Assembly: GCF_902713615.1 (NCBI RefSeq)
Contig: NC_052149.1
Location: 59,881,443 to 59,945,442 of the forward strand
Direction of reading: 5' to 3'
Length of the DNA stretch: 64,000 nucleotides
Origin: Scyliorhinus canicula
Taxonomy: Eukaryota
In this document: piece after piece, positions 35,856 through 47,935 of the stretch
How positions within the stretch are numbered: position 1 is the stretch's first letter
Layout of the letters: each line of letters begins with the position of its first letter
Translations under genes and position numbers: made by a program
The notes under the pieces: model-generated
Told to the model about the DNA's origin: nothing
Database searches by the model: none
The model's input: the letters and a program-made list of their open reading frames with translations, nothing else

Positions 35856-36796
35856 ACAAATAATGACTCGCGGATGCATCAGCTCCTTGTTCAGGTCGGT
35901 GGCCAATACCTAACTGCCTTCCTACAGCTTTTCAAATTAACCTTGCTGACTGCTTTCTGCTAAAAAGATATGCGAGGACCACTTCTACTAGCTGTAGATG
36001 TTCCAGCTGCTTTCACTTCCAAAATGCAAATTGACGTTGAGCTGCACCCGCATTCCACATGGTGGCTGATGTTGTTTGTATTTTCACAGCTTCATTGTAG
36101 ACCTAAATTACTTTTCTTTGGCTCTCCCAACTCAGTGAGCTGAAGTCTATACCTAGTCTAATGCTGCCTCTGTCTGCTCCCAAATTGAACTGCTTGCTTA
36201 TGTTAGCAATCACAGTTAAATTAAACAAAATAATTTTCTATCCACACAGCCAATCTCTATGACAATATGGCATGCTTGTGGATCTTCTCAGCAGAAATGT
36301 AAATACATTTTACCTTCAACACAACTTTTCTATAACTCATGGGAGTTTAATGACTCTCTTTCCCAGAATTGCTAGCTTTTAGCTGCTTTTATGCAGATGT
36401 CGGTAGATGCCTCAGCCCTACCAAGTGATCCAGAAGTGGGGCCATTATTCAATTGTTTACACCTGTCCCTCTGACGTTGTAAGACAAATAAAGGTAAGCT
36501 TTTAAGTGCAATTAACTCCAGACTTGTTAAAAGTGTATTCGTTTGTGATAATTATAGGCACTTAACATTTGATTTTAAGACAATTCTTAGATGTCATGAG
36601 AATTGTAAGATGCTATCTTCCCAGAAAGGCTGAAAAAGTAATGTGACCTTGTTAGACCTTTTGTTAACCTTGACTGAAGGAATGAATTGGTTTTTATTCA
36701 AGATGTCTCAATTATAAATGACAGACAGTTGTCTTAACCAATGTTGCAAGTAGGCTAACTCATGATAAGAGATATAGTGAAGAGAATCCATGAAAG

Positions 36797-38325
36797 TTTT
36801 TTTAAAAAAATGTTTTTTATTGGATTTTTTGTACATGGTATATTTACAGGTGTACACAAAGAGAAACCAAAAAGAGATAACAAAAACACTACATAAATAA
36901 TAAACCACATAAATTAAAAAAAAACAAGGGGTGGGAAAGTAAACACTGGGCAAGTGTATATAGAAGCAACAGAGACACAATTACATTATACATATCTTTC
37001 GGGGGGGGGGGGCATTACCCCCCTTCTTTTCTTCTGGTTGTTTGTTTAAAAAAAAGAAAATACATAGAGCACAAGCAAAACAAGACTAGATGGACAGGCG
37101 TTGCTTGCTTCTCCCGGTCGATTTTCGCTATTGTTGTGGTGCGTTTGCTTCCGCTTTGCCCGTCTGTCGTTCCTTCCTCCTTTACTTTCTTACTCTCTGT
37201 TGCCCTGCTGTGTTTATTATGGTCGTTGTCATTTCCCATGCTCTCCTTCCAGTTTGTGTTCTCTTGTCTTTCCTCCCCTCTGGCTTCCATCTATTATTCT
37301 TTGCCCCCATCATCCCTTCTCCCCTGTCCCCCTCCCCCTTTACCTGCCTCTCTTCCCCACCCTCCTCACCTTCTCTGTAGCTCCCTTTTATTTTCTGTTG
37401 TGTTTGGCTACCCCCTCTTGCACTGTTCCCTCCCCGCCCGGGTCCTCCTTCCCTTCCTTCTCTTTTCTCATGTCTTGGCTACTTGATTGTTTATTTGTTT
37501 GTTCGTTGGCCACAAACTAAGGGCAGCACGGTAGCATTGTGGATAGCATAATTGCTTCACAGCTCCAGGGTCCCAGGTTCGATTCCGGCTTGGGTCACTT
37601 TCTGTGCGGGGTCTGCACATCCTCCCCGTGTGTGCGTGGGTTTCCTCCGGGTGCTCCGGTTTCCTCCCACAGTCCAAAGATGTGCAGGTTAGGTGCATTG
37701 GCCATGATAAATTACCCTTAGTGTCCAAAATTGCCCTTAGTGTTAGGTGGGGTTACCAGGTTATGGGGATAGGGTGGAGGTGTTGACCTTGGGTAGGGTG
37801 CTCTTTCCAAGAGCCGGTGCTGACTCGATGGGCCGAATGGCTTCCTTCTGCACTGTAAATTCTATGTAAATCTATGTAAACGGGTCCTGAAACAGTTGGG
37901 TGAATGGCTCCCATGTTCTGAAGAAGCCATCTTCAGAATTTGATTTTCTCCATTTTGGTGAAATTCCGATAGGTCGGAAATCCAGTCTGCAGCTTTGGAT
38001 GGTGCTGCTGACCGCCAGCTGAGCAGGATTCTACGGCGGGCGATCTAGGAGGCAAAGGCGAGGGTGTCTGCCCTCCTCCCAATGAAGTGATCTGGCTGGT
38101 CTGATACCCCACTTTTGGACACGGCTCCACCCTCATCCCCACCACCTTGGACATTGGCTCAAAGAAGGCTGTCCAGTACCCAGCAAGTCTGCGGCATGAC
38201 CAGAACATGTGGGCGTGGTTGGCCGAGCCTCCTTGGAACCATTCACATCTGTCCTCCACCTCCGGAAAGAACCTACTCATTCGGGTTCTTGTTACGTGGG
38301 CTCTATGTACCAAATTTAGTTGCGT
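36797..38325 (-). mobile_element. L1-clade LINE 3' end with long 3' UTR, interrupted by a SINE
   Basis: VHRAHVTRTRMSRFF...CEW...HAHMFWSC; A-rich end at about 36800-36830. Confidence 0.8.
37521..37878 (+). mobile_element. HE1-like V-SINE with CR1 tail
   Basis: gggcagcacggtagcattgtgg head, V-domain, gggccgaatggcttccttctgcactgtaaattctatg tail. Confidence 0.9.
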
Positions 38326-38959
38326 TAGAACAAAGAACAAAGAAAGTACAGCACAGGAATAGGCCCTTCGGCCCTCCAAGCCTGTGCCAAACATGCTGCC
38401 CATCTAAACTAAAATCCTCTACACTTCTGGGGTCCGTATCCCTCTATTCCCATCCTATTCATGTGTTTGTCAAGATGTCCCTTAAACGTCACTATCGTCC
38501 CTGCTTCAACCATCTCCTCCGGCAGCGGGTTCCAGGCACCCACTACCCTCTGTGTAAAAAATGTACCTCGTACAACTCCTCTAAACCTTGCCCCTTGCAC
38601 CTTAAACCTATTTAATTGACCCCTCTACACTGGGAAAAAGCCTCTGACTATCCACCCCTCAATTTTGTAGACCTCTATCAGGTCACCCCTCAACCTCCTT
38701 CGTTCCAAGTTTATTCAATGTCTCCTCATAGCTAATGCCCTCCATACCAGGCAACATCCTAGTAAATCTCTTCTGCACCCTCTCTAAAGCCTCCACATCC
38801 TTCTGGTAGTGTGGAGACCAGAACTGAACACTACACTCCAAGTGTGGCCTAGCTAAAGTTCTATACAGCTGCAACATGACTTGCCAATTTTTATACTCAA
38901 TGCCCCAGCCAATGAAGGCAAGCATGCTGTATGCCTTCTTGACTACCTTCTCCACTTCT

Positions 38960-40046
38960 TGTGGTGATATGCATCACTGTAAATACACAAGGGGTTAATG
39001 TGAATACACTAAGACTAAATAAACACGAGAGGGAGCACCAGAGATATCATGACATGCAGACATACAGCTAACGAATACATGGGGCGCGATTCTCCGCTCC
39101 CGCGCGGCATCGGGAAGGCCGTCGTGAACTCGGCCGAGTTTCACGACGGCGTCGGAGGCCGCTCCTCGCACCCTATTCATCCCCCCCACCCCCAGGGGGC
39201 TAGGAGCGGCCTTGTGAGAAACTCGGCCGCCGGGCCTTGACGCTTGCGTCAAAGCGGCGCGCCGTGAATGACACGACGGCGGTGCCCAAGTGATGTCAGC
39301 CGCACATGCGCAGGTTGGCCGGCTCCAACCCACGCATGTGCGGTTGTCGTCTGTCCCTCCGCTGCCCTGCAAGACGTGGCGGCTTGATCTTGCGGGGCGG
39401 CGGAGGGGAAAGAGTGCGTCTCTTGGAGACGGCTGCCCGACGATCGGTGGGCACCGATCATGGGCCAGTCCCCTCCCGAGCACGGCCGTGGTGCTCAATC
39501 CCCTCTCCGCCCCCCACAGGCCCCAAACTTACCTTTTGCGCTATGTTCACGCTGGCAGCGACTAGGTGTGGTTGCCGCCGGCGTGAACAGGTCGGGAACG
39601 GAAGCCGCTTGGCCCATCCGGGCCGGAGAATCGCCGGTCGCCGGAGTGCCAGGGCGGCGTGTCGTGATTCGCCCGGCCCTCCCGCAATTCTCCCACCCGG
39701 CGTGGGGAGCGGAGAATCGCGCCCATAGAATGGGACACAACAATGGCAGTCAAGACACCCAGAGGTGACACTACCACAAGGGGGCAACCCACGTAAAAGG
39801 ACAGGGCACACATGCTCTTTCTCTTTTCCACAGGCGATACTCAGAGAGACGGGGCAGATCGGAAGAATCACATCCACCGGATGGATTAGAGCAGACTGGT
39901 TATTTAGATGAGTTACTATAGTAAGAGCAGCAGGAAGGTCGAACTCAAGTAGGAGCATTGTTAACTGTTCAATAAATGTGTTAAATCTATGTCCAAGTCT
40001 GAATCTTCCTTTGTCAGAGCATACATCAAGGAAGCATAACACAACA
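38960..40046 (+). mobile_element. Solo LTR (about 440 bp once the internal MITE is removed)
   Basis: TGTGGTG...CACAACA termini; degenerate 5-bp TSD (cttct / cctgt); AATAAA at 39971. Confidence 0.7.
39082..39724. mobile_element. PIF/Harbinger-type MITE (643 bp)
   Basis: 20-bp perfect TIR GGGCGCGATTCTCCGCTCCC; 3-bp flanks atg/ata; GC- and CpG-rich, non-coding. Confidence 0.88.
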
Positions 40047-40089
40047 CCTGTGTTGCCCCTTTCAGTGACCTGTCGACCTGAGGCATTAT

Positions 40090-41505
40090 GCGCCAGCAGC
40101 CCATGAGGCATTATGGGCCAGCAGTAGCAGCAGAATTGTATTCAACCATAATTTGTAACTTCCTGTCCAGCAAATCCTCCACTCTATTACCATCAAGCAG
40201 GGAGATCAACCCGGGTTCAATGAAGATTGCAGGAGGGCATGTCAGGAGCTGTAACAGTCAGACTTAAAATGAGGTGTCAATCTGAAGCTACAGTACTACT
40301 TGATGCTAAACAGCAGAAATATAATGCGATAGACAGAGCTAAGCAATCCCCACAACCAACACATCAGATCTAAACTCTGCAGTCATAGTCATAGAATTAT
40401 AAAGCACAGAAAAGGCCCTTCGGCCCATCACATCTGCGCTGGTCAAAACATTCACCTAACCATTCTAATCCCATTTTCCAGCATTTGGCCCATAACCTTG
40501 TATTCCTGGGATCGCAAGTGCACATCTAAATACATTCTAATAATAATAATCTTTATTGTCACAAGTAGGCTTACATTGCGATGAAGTTACTGTGAAAAGC
40601 CCCTAGTCGCCACATTACAGCACCTGTTCAGGTACACAGAGGAAGAATTCAGACTGTCCAAATTACCTAACAAGCACGTCTTTTGAGACTTGTGGGAGGA
40701 AACCGGAGCACCCGGAGGAAACCCACACAGACACGGGGAGAACGTGCAGAGTCCGCACAGACAGCGACACAGCCGGTAATCGAACCTGGGACCCTGGCGC
40801 TGTGAAGCCGTCTTAAATGTTATAAGGGTCTCTGCCTCCACCACCCTTTCAGGCAGCAAATTTCAAACTCCCACCACCTTCTGGGTAAACTACGTCCATT
40901 TGCAAATGGTGGTGGACATTCAAACAGCTAGAGGAAGAGGTTCCACAAATATCCCATCCTCAGTGATGGGGGAGCCCAGAATATCAGGACACAAAATGAG
41001 GCATTTGGAACCATCTTCAACCAGAAATGTTAGGTTGATGATCCAGCTGTGCTTCCTCCCAAGGTTCCCAGCATCACAGATGTCAATCTTCAGCCAATTT
41101 GATTCACCCCATTTGGAAATGGCTGAAAGCACTAAGTACTACAAAAGCCATGAATTCTGACAACATTCTGGCAATAGTACTGAAGACTTGAGCTCCAGAA
41201 CTAGCTGTACACTTAGCCAAGCTGTGATAGAAGGCATTGTCGAGCAGCAGTTACAAGATTCAGTGCAGCAACTCACCAAGGCTCCTTAAACAACAGCACT
41301 TGCTAAACCCTCGACCTCTTACTGCCTAGAAGGACAAGGGTGGCAAATACAGGGGGAACACCACCATTTGCAAGACCCCCTCTAAGCAATTCAGTATCCT
41401 GATTTGGAAATATATTTTTGCTCCTTCACTGTCGCTGGGTCAAAATCCAGGAGGCTCACCAGCACCATCTCAAAAGCAATTAGTGATATGCAATAAATTC
41501 TGACC
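40090..41505 (+). mobile_element. Decayed CR1/L2-group LINE, interrupted by a minus-strand CR1 tail (about 40385-40890) that itself holds a SINE
   Basis: ORF remnants (GRGSTNIPS..., ctggcaatagtactgaagacttgagctccagaactagc) and the shared gcaattag...aataaa tail. Confidence 0.65.
40540..40808 (-). mobile_element. Chimeric V-SINE: HE1-like head plus the tail of the short SINE family
   Basis: V-domain followed by atgtggcgactaggggcttttcacagtaacttc...gcctacttgtgacaataaagattattatta. Confidence 0.85.
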
Positions 41506-41506
41506 C

Positions 41507-42793
41507 TTAGTCAGGTGGCGAGGGATTGGGATGGGCGACACAAATTGAACCTGGCCCAGTTGGTGGACCAGATGAAGGAGGATTTCCGGAGTTGGGACGC
41601 GCTCCCGCTGTCTCTGGCGGGTAGGGTGCAGTCATTAACAATGACGGTCCTCCCGAGGTTTCTCTTAGTTTTCCAGTGTCTCCCCATTTAATCCCGCGTT
41701 CCTTTTTCAAGCGGATTAATAAGATTATTGTGGGCTTTGTGTGTGGGGGCAAGCCCCCGTGGGTGAAGAGGGCAATTCTCGAGTGGAATCGGGGAGATGG
41801 TGGGCTGGCGCTGCCGAATTTCAGTAATTACTACTGGGCAGCTAACATAGCCATGGTTAGGAGGAGGCTGGTGGGGGGTGTGCATGGAGGCGGCCTCATA
41901 TAAGGGTACAGGTTTACGGGCACTGGAGACGGCGCCCCTGCCGTTCCCGCTGGCACGTTACTCCACCAGTCCGGTGGTGGTGGCGACCCTGAGAATCTGG
42001 GGGCACTGGAGGAGGCATATGGGGGCGGAGGGGACATTGGTGTGGTCCCCAGTCTGCGATAACCATAGGTGTGCCCCGGGGAGGATGGATGGGGTTTCTG
42101 TATTTGGCAGACAGCGGGAATAGAGAGGATGGGAGACTTGTTCATAGAAGGAAGCTTCCAGTGTATGAGGGCACTGGAGGAGAATTTACATTGACTGGAG
42201 GGAATGATCTCCGGTATTTACAGGTACGGGACGTTTTGCAGAGGCAGGTGCCAACCTTCCCTCTCCTGCCATTAAGTGGGATTCAGGATAGGGTGGTTTC
42301 TAGACAATGGACAAGGGAGGGGAGAGTCTCGGATATATATAAAGAGCTTGTGGTGTCTGAGGAGACGCAGACTGAGGAGCTGAAGCTTAAGTGGGAGAAG
42401 CTGGGGGTGAGATGGAGAACGGTCTGTGGGCGGACGGGCTAGGAAGGGTCAATGCCACCGCAACATGTGCCAGGCTCAGCCTGATCCAGTTTAAGGTTGT
42501 TCACCGGGCTCACATGGTGGTGGCCTGGATGAGCAGATTCTTTGGGGTGGAGATGTGCGAGGTGCGCGTGGGGGGCCAGTGAACCATGTCCACATGTTTT
42601 GGGCATGTCCAAAACTGAGGGGATTTTGGCAGGGGTTTGCTGACACCATGTCCATGGTATTAAATACGAGGGTGGCAATGAGTCCGGAGGTGGCAACTTT
42701 TTGGGTATCGCAGGACCCGGGAATCCAGGAGGAGAAAGAGGCAGATGTTCTGGCCTTTGCTTCCCTGGTAGCCCGGAGGCAAATATTGCTGGT
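41507..42793 (+). mobile_element. L1-clade LINE ORF2 C-terminal fragment
   Basis: GGLALPNFSNYYWAAN, CARLSLIQFKVVHRAH, HVHMFWACPKL. Abuts a minus-strand L1 piece at 42795-43030. Confidence 0.88.
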
Positions 42794-43034
42794 TGAGTCT
42801 TGAGCACGTGGAGGTGGAGTTGACCCTATGTAGTGCTTCGCTCCAGAGTCCCCACCCTATTTCGAGCCCCAGGTCTTCCTCCAATTTCTTCCTCGTTGTA
42901 TCCAGAACAGTGTCAGCCCTCTCTACCAGTCGTTCGTACATGTTGGTACAGTTTCCTTTACTGAGAATGTTTGCATCCAGTAATTCCTCTAGTAGTGTCT
43001 GTCGTGGTGGTTGTGGATATGTCCTTATCTCCTT

Positions 43035-43352
43035 AGAACATACAGTGCAGAAGGACGCCATTCGGCCCATCGAGTCTGCACCTACCCATTTAAGCCCTCA
43101 CTTCCACCCTATCCCCATAACACAATAACCCCACCTAACCTTTTGGGACAGTAAGGGCAATTTAGCATGGCCAGTCCACCTAACATGCACGTCTTTGGAC
43201 TGTGGGAGGAAACCAGAACACCTGGAGGAAACCAACGCAGACAAGGGGAGAACGTACAGACTCCGCACAGACAGTGACCCAGCGAGGAATCGAACCTGGG
43301 ACCCTGGCCCTGTGAAGCCACAGTGCAAGCCAATTGTGCTACCATGCTGCCC
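43035..43352 (-). mobile_element. HE1-like V-SINE with CR1 tail
   Basis: V-domain and gggccgaatggcgtccttctgcactg tail. Confidence 0.85.
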
Positions 43353-43579
43353 CCACTTCTGTAGGAAGCTGCAGCTACCTGAGCTCATTCCCCTTAGCTA
43401 GCTGGGATCTCTCCGTCAGTTCGAGAAGTCTGATTGCTAAAGTTAAGCTTTCTCCTATTACTGTTAATTACCATTGCTAATTACTGTTAATCAACACTTC
43501 ACTTTTTATCTTTCAGACTTTGACTTGATAGCTTTTAATGGTTAATAAACTTTGTGAATTCACCATTTGAAGTAAAAAG

Positions 43580-43752
43580 ATAAAAGCAAATTACGGCGGA
43601 TGCTGGAATCTGAAACCAAAACAGAAAATGCTGGAAAATCTGAGCAGGTCTGGCAGCATCTGCGAAGAGCCATTCAGACTTGAAATGTAAGTTCTGTTCT
43701 CTCTCCACAGATGCTGCCAGACCTGCAAAATTTCCAGCATTTTCTGTTTTTG
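43580..43752. repeat. Penelope-derived foldback element
   Basis: About 43-bp inverted arms (aaaacagaaaatgctggaaa...gcaggtctggcagcatctg) around a loop with a decayed hammerhead-like core; related fragments at about 1655-1745 and 44210-44305. Confidence 0.65.
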
Positions 43753-44384
43753 TGTCACCGTTAAAGTGGTCTCTTTTGCCATGTGGTTAAGTTTGTAGAA
43801 CCTGATGTGATTTACAATTGGGGAGCTATTGCAAATAAGTTAACTCCACAAATAACTAACACAGTGAGAGGCTGCATTTGACTAGGTGTGGCATCAAGGA
43901 GCTCTAGTAAAATTAGATTCAATGGGAATCCGGAATCTGCTGGTTGGTTCACATCTAGCACAAATGAAGATGGTTGTGGTTGCTGGAGGTTAGTCATCTC
44001 TGCCCCAGGACATCACGGCAGGAGTTCCTCAGCATGGTGTCCTAGACCCAGCCATCTTCAATTGCATAATCAATAAGCTTCCTACACCGCATGAAGTACA
44101 GCAGTTCAAGAAGGTAGCTCACAACTACCTTCTCAAGGGCAATCAGGGATGGCCTAACCAGGAAAGCCCACATCCCTTGAATGATTTTTAAAAAAATCTG
44201 GTACCTTTCCCAGTTTTGACAAAGGTCATCGACCTTCAACCTTAACTCAGTTTCTCGCCGCAAATGCTGCCTGACTTGCTGTGTTTGTCCACCACTTTCT
44301 GTTTACATTTTAATTTGAGCACACGCCTTGACAGAACACTGCAAACCTGTGGTAAAGGTTTATAAATTGCCAGTAAGAGCTAAT

Positions 44385-45750
44385 CTGAATATATAACGAA
44401 CAGGTTTTGGAACAGGCCGATAAATTGCCCCCATGCAGTAAGGAAGCCCTCCTCCTCCCCTCGGATAGCGTATTTGATCTTCTCCAGGTGGATAAATTCC
44501 GATATGGCTGCGAGCCAGTCTGCAGCTCTGGGTGGTGCTGCTCATTGCCAACCGAGCAGGATTCTCCCGCATGCTGTTAGGGAAGCGAAAGCCATGGCAT
44601 CGGTCCTCTTCCTTGATACCCTGAAGATTGCCACCTTTGGGCATGGCTTCACCCTCACCCCCAGAAACTCAGAAAAGGCTGTCCAGAACCCAACAAGTTT
44701 GAGACAAGCCCAGAACACGTGGGTGTGGTTGGCCAGGCCCCTCTGGCTCCGTTCATATTTGTCCTCTTCCTCTGGGAAGAACCTGCTCATTCAGTTCTGG
44801 TCAGGTGTGCTCTGTGCACCACTTTGAACTATATGAGGCTGAGCCTTGCACAGGAGGATGTGGAGTTGGCCCTGCTCAGTGCTTTGCTCCAGAGTCCCCA
44901 CCACTCTTCTGTCCCAGTTCATCCTCCCGTTTCCATCTAATCTCGTCCAGTGGTGTTCGGGATCTGACCAGTAGCTGTTTGTATATTTTCCCCTACAGTC
45001 TTCCTTCCTTACTCTCCATATTCTTCAAGTCCTCCAATAGTGTGGTCTCCGGGGCACAGGGGTATCCTACTGTCTCTTTGCGGAAGAAGTGTTTTATTTG
45101 TAGGTGCCTCATTTCCTGTCCTGTTGGTAGTTCCCATTCGATTGTCAGTTCGTCAGCATCGCTAATCTTTTCCTACGTAGAAGTCCCTAACTGTCAGCGT
45201 TCCCCTGTTTTTTAAAAGGTTGCATCAGCAAGGCTGGAGGGAATCTGTGGTTACCGCAGATGGGGACCATGGGGGACATCTTAGTCAGCCTGAAGTGCTG
45301 TCTTAGTTGGCCCCACGTTTTCAGTATGGCCGCTACCACTAGGTTAGATGTGTATTTTGTCGAGGTGACGGGAGTGCTGCCATGGCTAGGGCCAGGAGGA
45401 TCGTCCCCTTGTAGGAGGTCTCTTCCATCCATACCCATCCCGAGTTGGGTTCATGCACCCATCTCCTCACTCTTTCCGCTGTTGCCACCCAGTGGTAGTA
45501 TTGCAAATTTGGCAGTGCCAAGCTTCCCTTAAGTTTCCTCCTTTGCAGTGTAGGTTTGAGAACTCTTGGATTCTTCACCCCACCCTCTCCCCACACACAC
45601 ACAAACGCCATAATTAAGCTGTCTACTTTTTGGAAGAAGGCTTTGGGGATGACAATCGGTATAGATCTAAACAGGAAGAGGAACCTCAGCAGCACGTTCA
45701 TTTTGATCTTCTGCACTCTCCCTACGAGCAAGAGGGTGCCAAACACTCGA
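44385..45750 (-). mobile_element. L1-clade LINE ORF2 C-terminal fragment
   Basis: GRVQKIKMNVLLRFLFLF, GSLALPNLQYYHW, HTHVFWACLKL. Confidence 0.85.
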
Positions 45751-47059
45751 AGGCCTCTGAGAGAAGGAATTCATCCTTTTCTCCTTTATCTTGAAACTGT
45801 GGCCCCCCCTAGTCGTGGTGCAGGACTGTCTCTTTACCTAAATTTGGAGAGTAGGCTTTCTGTGTTACTCATGTTTGCTTTCAGTCAACCACAACAGGCC
45901 GATAGTTGAGTGGGATTCACTTTTTTCTAATCCTCACAAAAATAGTCGAAAGATCATGACAACAGACAAAATGCTGTAAAATTACCTTTCGCTTTATCAA
46001 CATCATTATCGGCCCTTTTCATGAAACAACATCACTGGAATGTGTAAATGTTGCAATGAAAATAAAAAATAAAACTTAAACCTGCTGTTGGCAGGAACTT
46101 AGGTGCATACAAAAATTGGATTTTTTTTTTTGCAGAACATGAAATTGTAAACTTCAGGCGGGATTCCAATCATGCATGTGACTATCAATCTAAGAGTGAA
46201 CATGAGTAGGCCTGGTACTTAAACACATGATCCGAGTACTTCTGGTCAGTGACAATGTTTGGCGCATTGCTGTTGTCCGAAATTTTCTCTGACTTGTCAA
46301 TATTATCCATTTTAAGTTATAACTTCTGATTCTGGCTGAAAGAGAAGTGGATCAGAGCATCTTCTCCAAAGACCAGTGAGCATAGGAGAGTCAGGGGAAG
46401 GAGAGAGCGTGCCCTATTTTTACAACAGTAGCTGATGTTTTCAAGAAAGTTCTTAAAGGTCTCCAGTCTTTTAATGATTGAGTGAGTGTGGGCTAATGTA
46501 TGAATGTGCGAGGTGCATCGGTAGTCGGGTGGCTAGTTGGGATACTGGGTATTCAGCTGAATTTCTGGGGGAAATCAGTCTGTTTGGGTTGGAGGAATTC
46601 AGGGGATATTTGGGGGGGAGTGGACAGGTGGTCGTAGGGAATGATTGGAGGTAATCAGTTGGTTGGCGAGGTGGGGGTGTTAATTGTGTTGCTCAGTTAG
46701 ATGACTCCAGTTAACCACAGAGTTAAATCCGGTATTAAACTGTAACATTTCCAGGGTAAATCTGCAGGTAAGTCTTGCAAATCTAGCCCAAGCCTCTGCC
46801 CGAAGCTCAGAGTTGCAGACAGTTGTGGAGGGTCCTGGGCAGCAGGAAATTAGCACATTCAAAGTTTAAACTTCCCGGGTAATTTCCACATGTCTGTGCA
46901 TCAGGACTTCTGCAAGGTCCTGAAACACTTCTTCCAACTTACATCCCATGTCCAACAATCCAGAGACTGGAAGATGTGGACCATGATGTGGTCCCACTGA
47001 GAACAACAGAGTAAATATTGCTTTATACAAGGCTTTCAGCCTTTTTAGAGGCAGAGAAA

Positions 47060-47935
47060 ACATCAGCCTTTAATGGAGACAACAGTTAAAAAAAACCCTA
47101 AACCGTGATACAATCAAAGAGGTGGACATGCTAGAGGAAATCCCCCAACTCCCCATCAAAGGTGATGTTGGACTCTGTCCAAGCATGGAAGAGGTCGAAG
47201 CTGTCATTAAACACATGAAGAATGGAAAAGCCTCAAGAGTGGATGAGATTCCAGTGGAGATTTTCAAACTTGGAGAAGAGATCATGTGTCATCTCAAACT
47301 GTTCCTGAAAATCTGGGACAGAGAAGAAATCCCTGCTGACCTCAGGATGTAGTCATCACCACCATCTTCAAGAAAGGAGACAAAGAGGACTGTGAGAACT
47401 ATCGAGGAATCTCCCTAATCTTCATCACCGGGAAGATCATCACTCGAATCCCCGAGAGCTCCCTTCGCCCAGCCTCTGAAGAAATCCTCCTGAAAAGCCA
47501 ATGTAGTTTCCTACCGAACCATAGAACAATGGACATGAGTTTTTTTGCTCAACACTTTCAAGAAAAATGCCAAGAGCAACATCAACCACTCTACACAGCA
47601 CTCATTGATCTGACCAAGGCTTTTGACTCAATCAATCTGGAAGTGCTATTGCAGACTAAAGATCAGCTGTCCAGAGAAATTCACCAACATTCTCTGACTC
47701 TTCCATGGCAAGATGTCGGCGACTGTCCTCACCGATCAAAATAAGACAGAAACCTTTGAGGTCAAAACTGAAGTCAAGCAGGGATGTGCCATCGCCCCCA
47801 TCCTTTTTTCCATCGCCACCACCCTTCACCTTATCAAGAACAAGCTTCCCAATGGAGTGGACATCGTTTGCAGGATGGACAGAGAACTTTGCAACCTCTA
47901 CTGGTTGAAATGCAAGAAAACTACATTGACATCGT
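47060..47935 (+). mobile_element. RTE-clade LINE RT fragment
   Basis: KASRVDEIPVEIFK, CENYRGISL, QEKCQEQHQPLYTALIDLTKAFDSIN, VKQGCAIAPILF; several frameshifts. Confidence 0.85.

Larger units (their letters stand above)
38326..40080 (-). mobile_element. CR1 LINE 3' fragment split by a solo LTR
   Basis: LQLYRTLARPHLECSVQFWSPHY; CR1 sequence tctcca|...|cctgtgttgcccc resumes at 40047. Confidence 0.85.

Noticed and set aside
38995-40111. Cluster of 100-217 aa ORFs (similar cluster at 49033-49755)
   Set aside because: GC-rich MITE/LTR sequence with no recognisable protein motifs.
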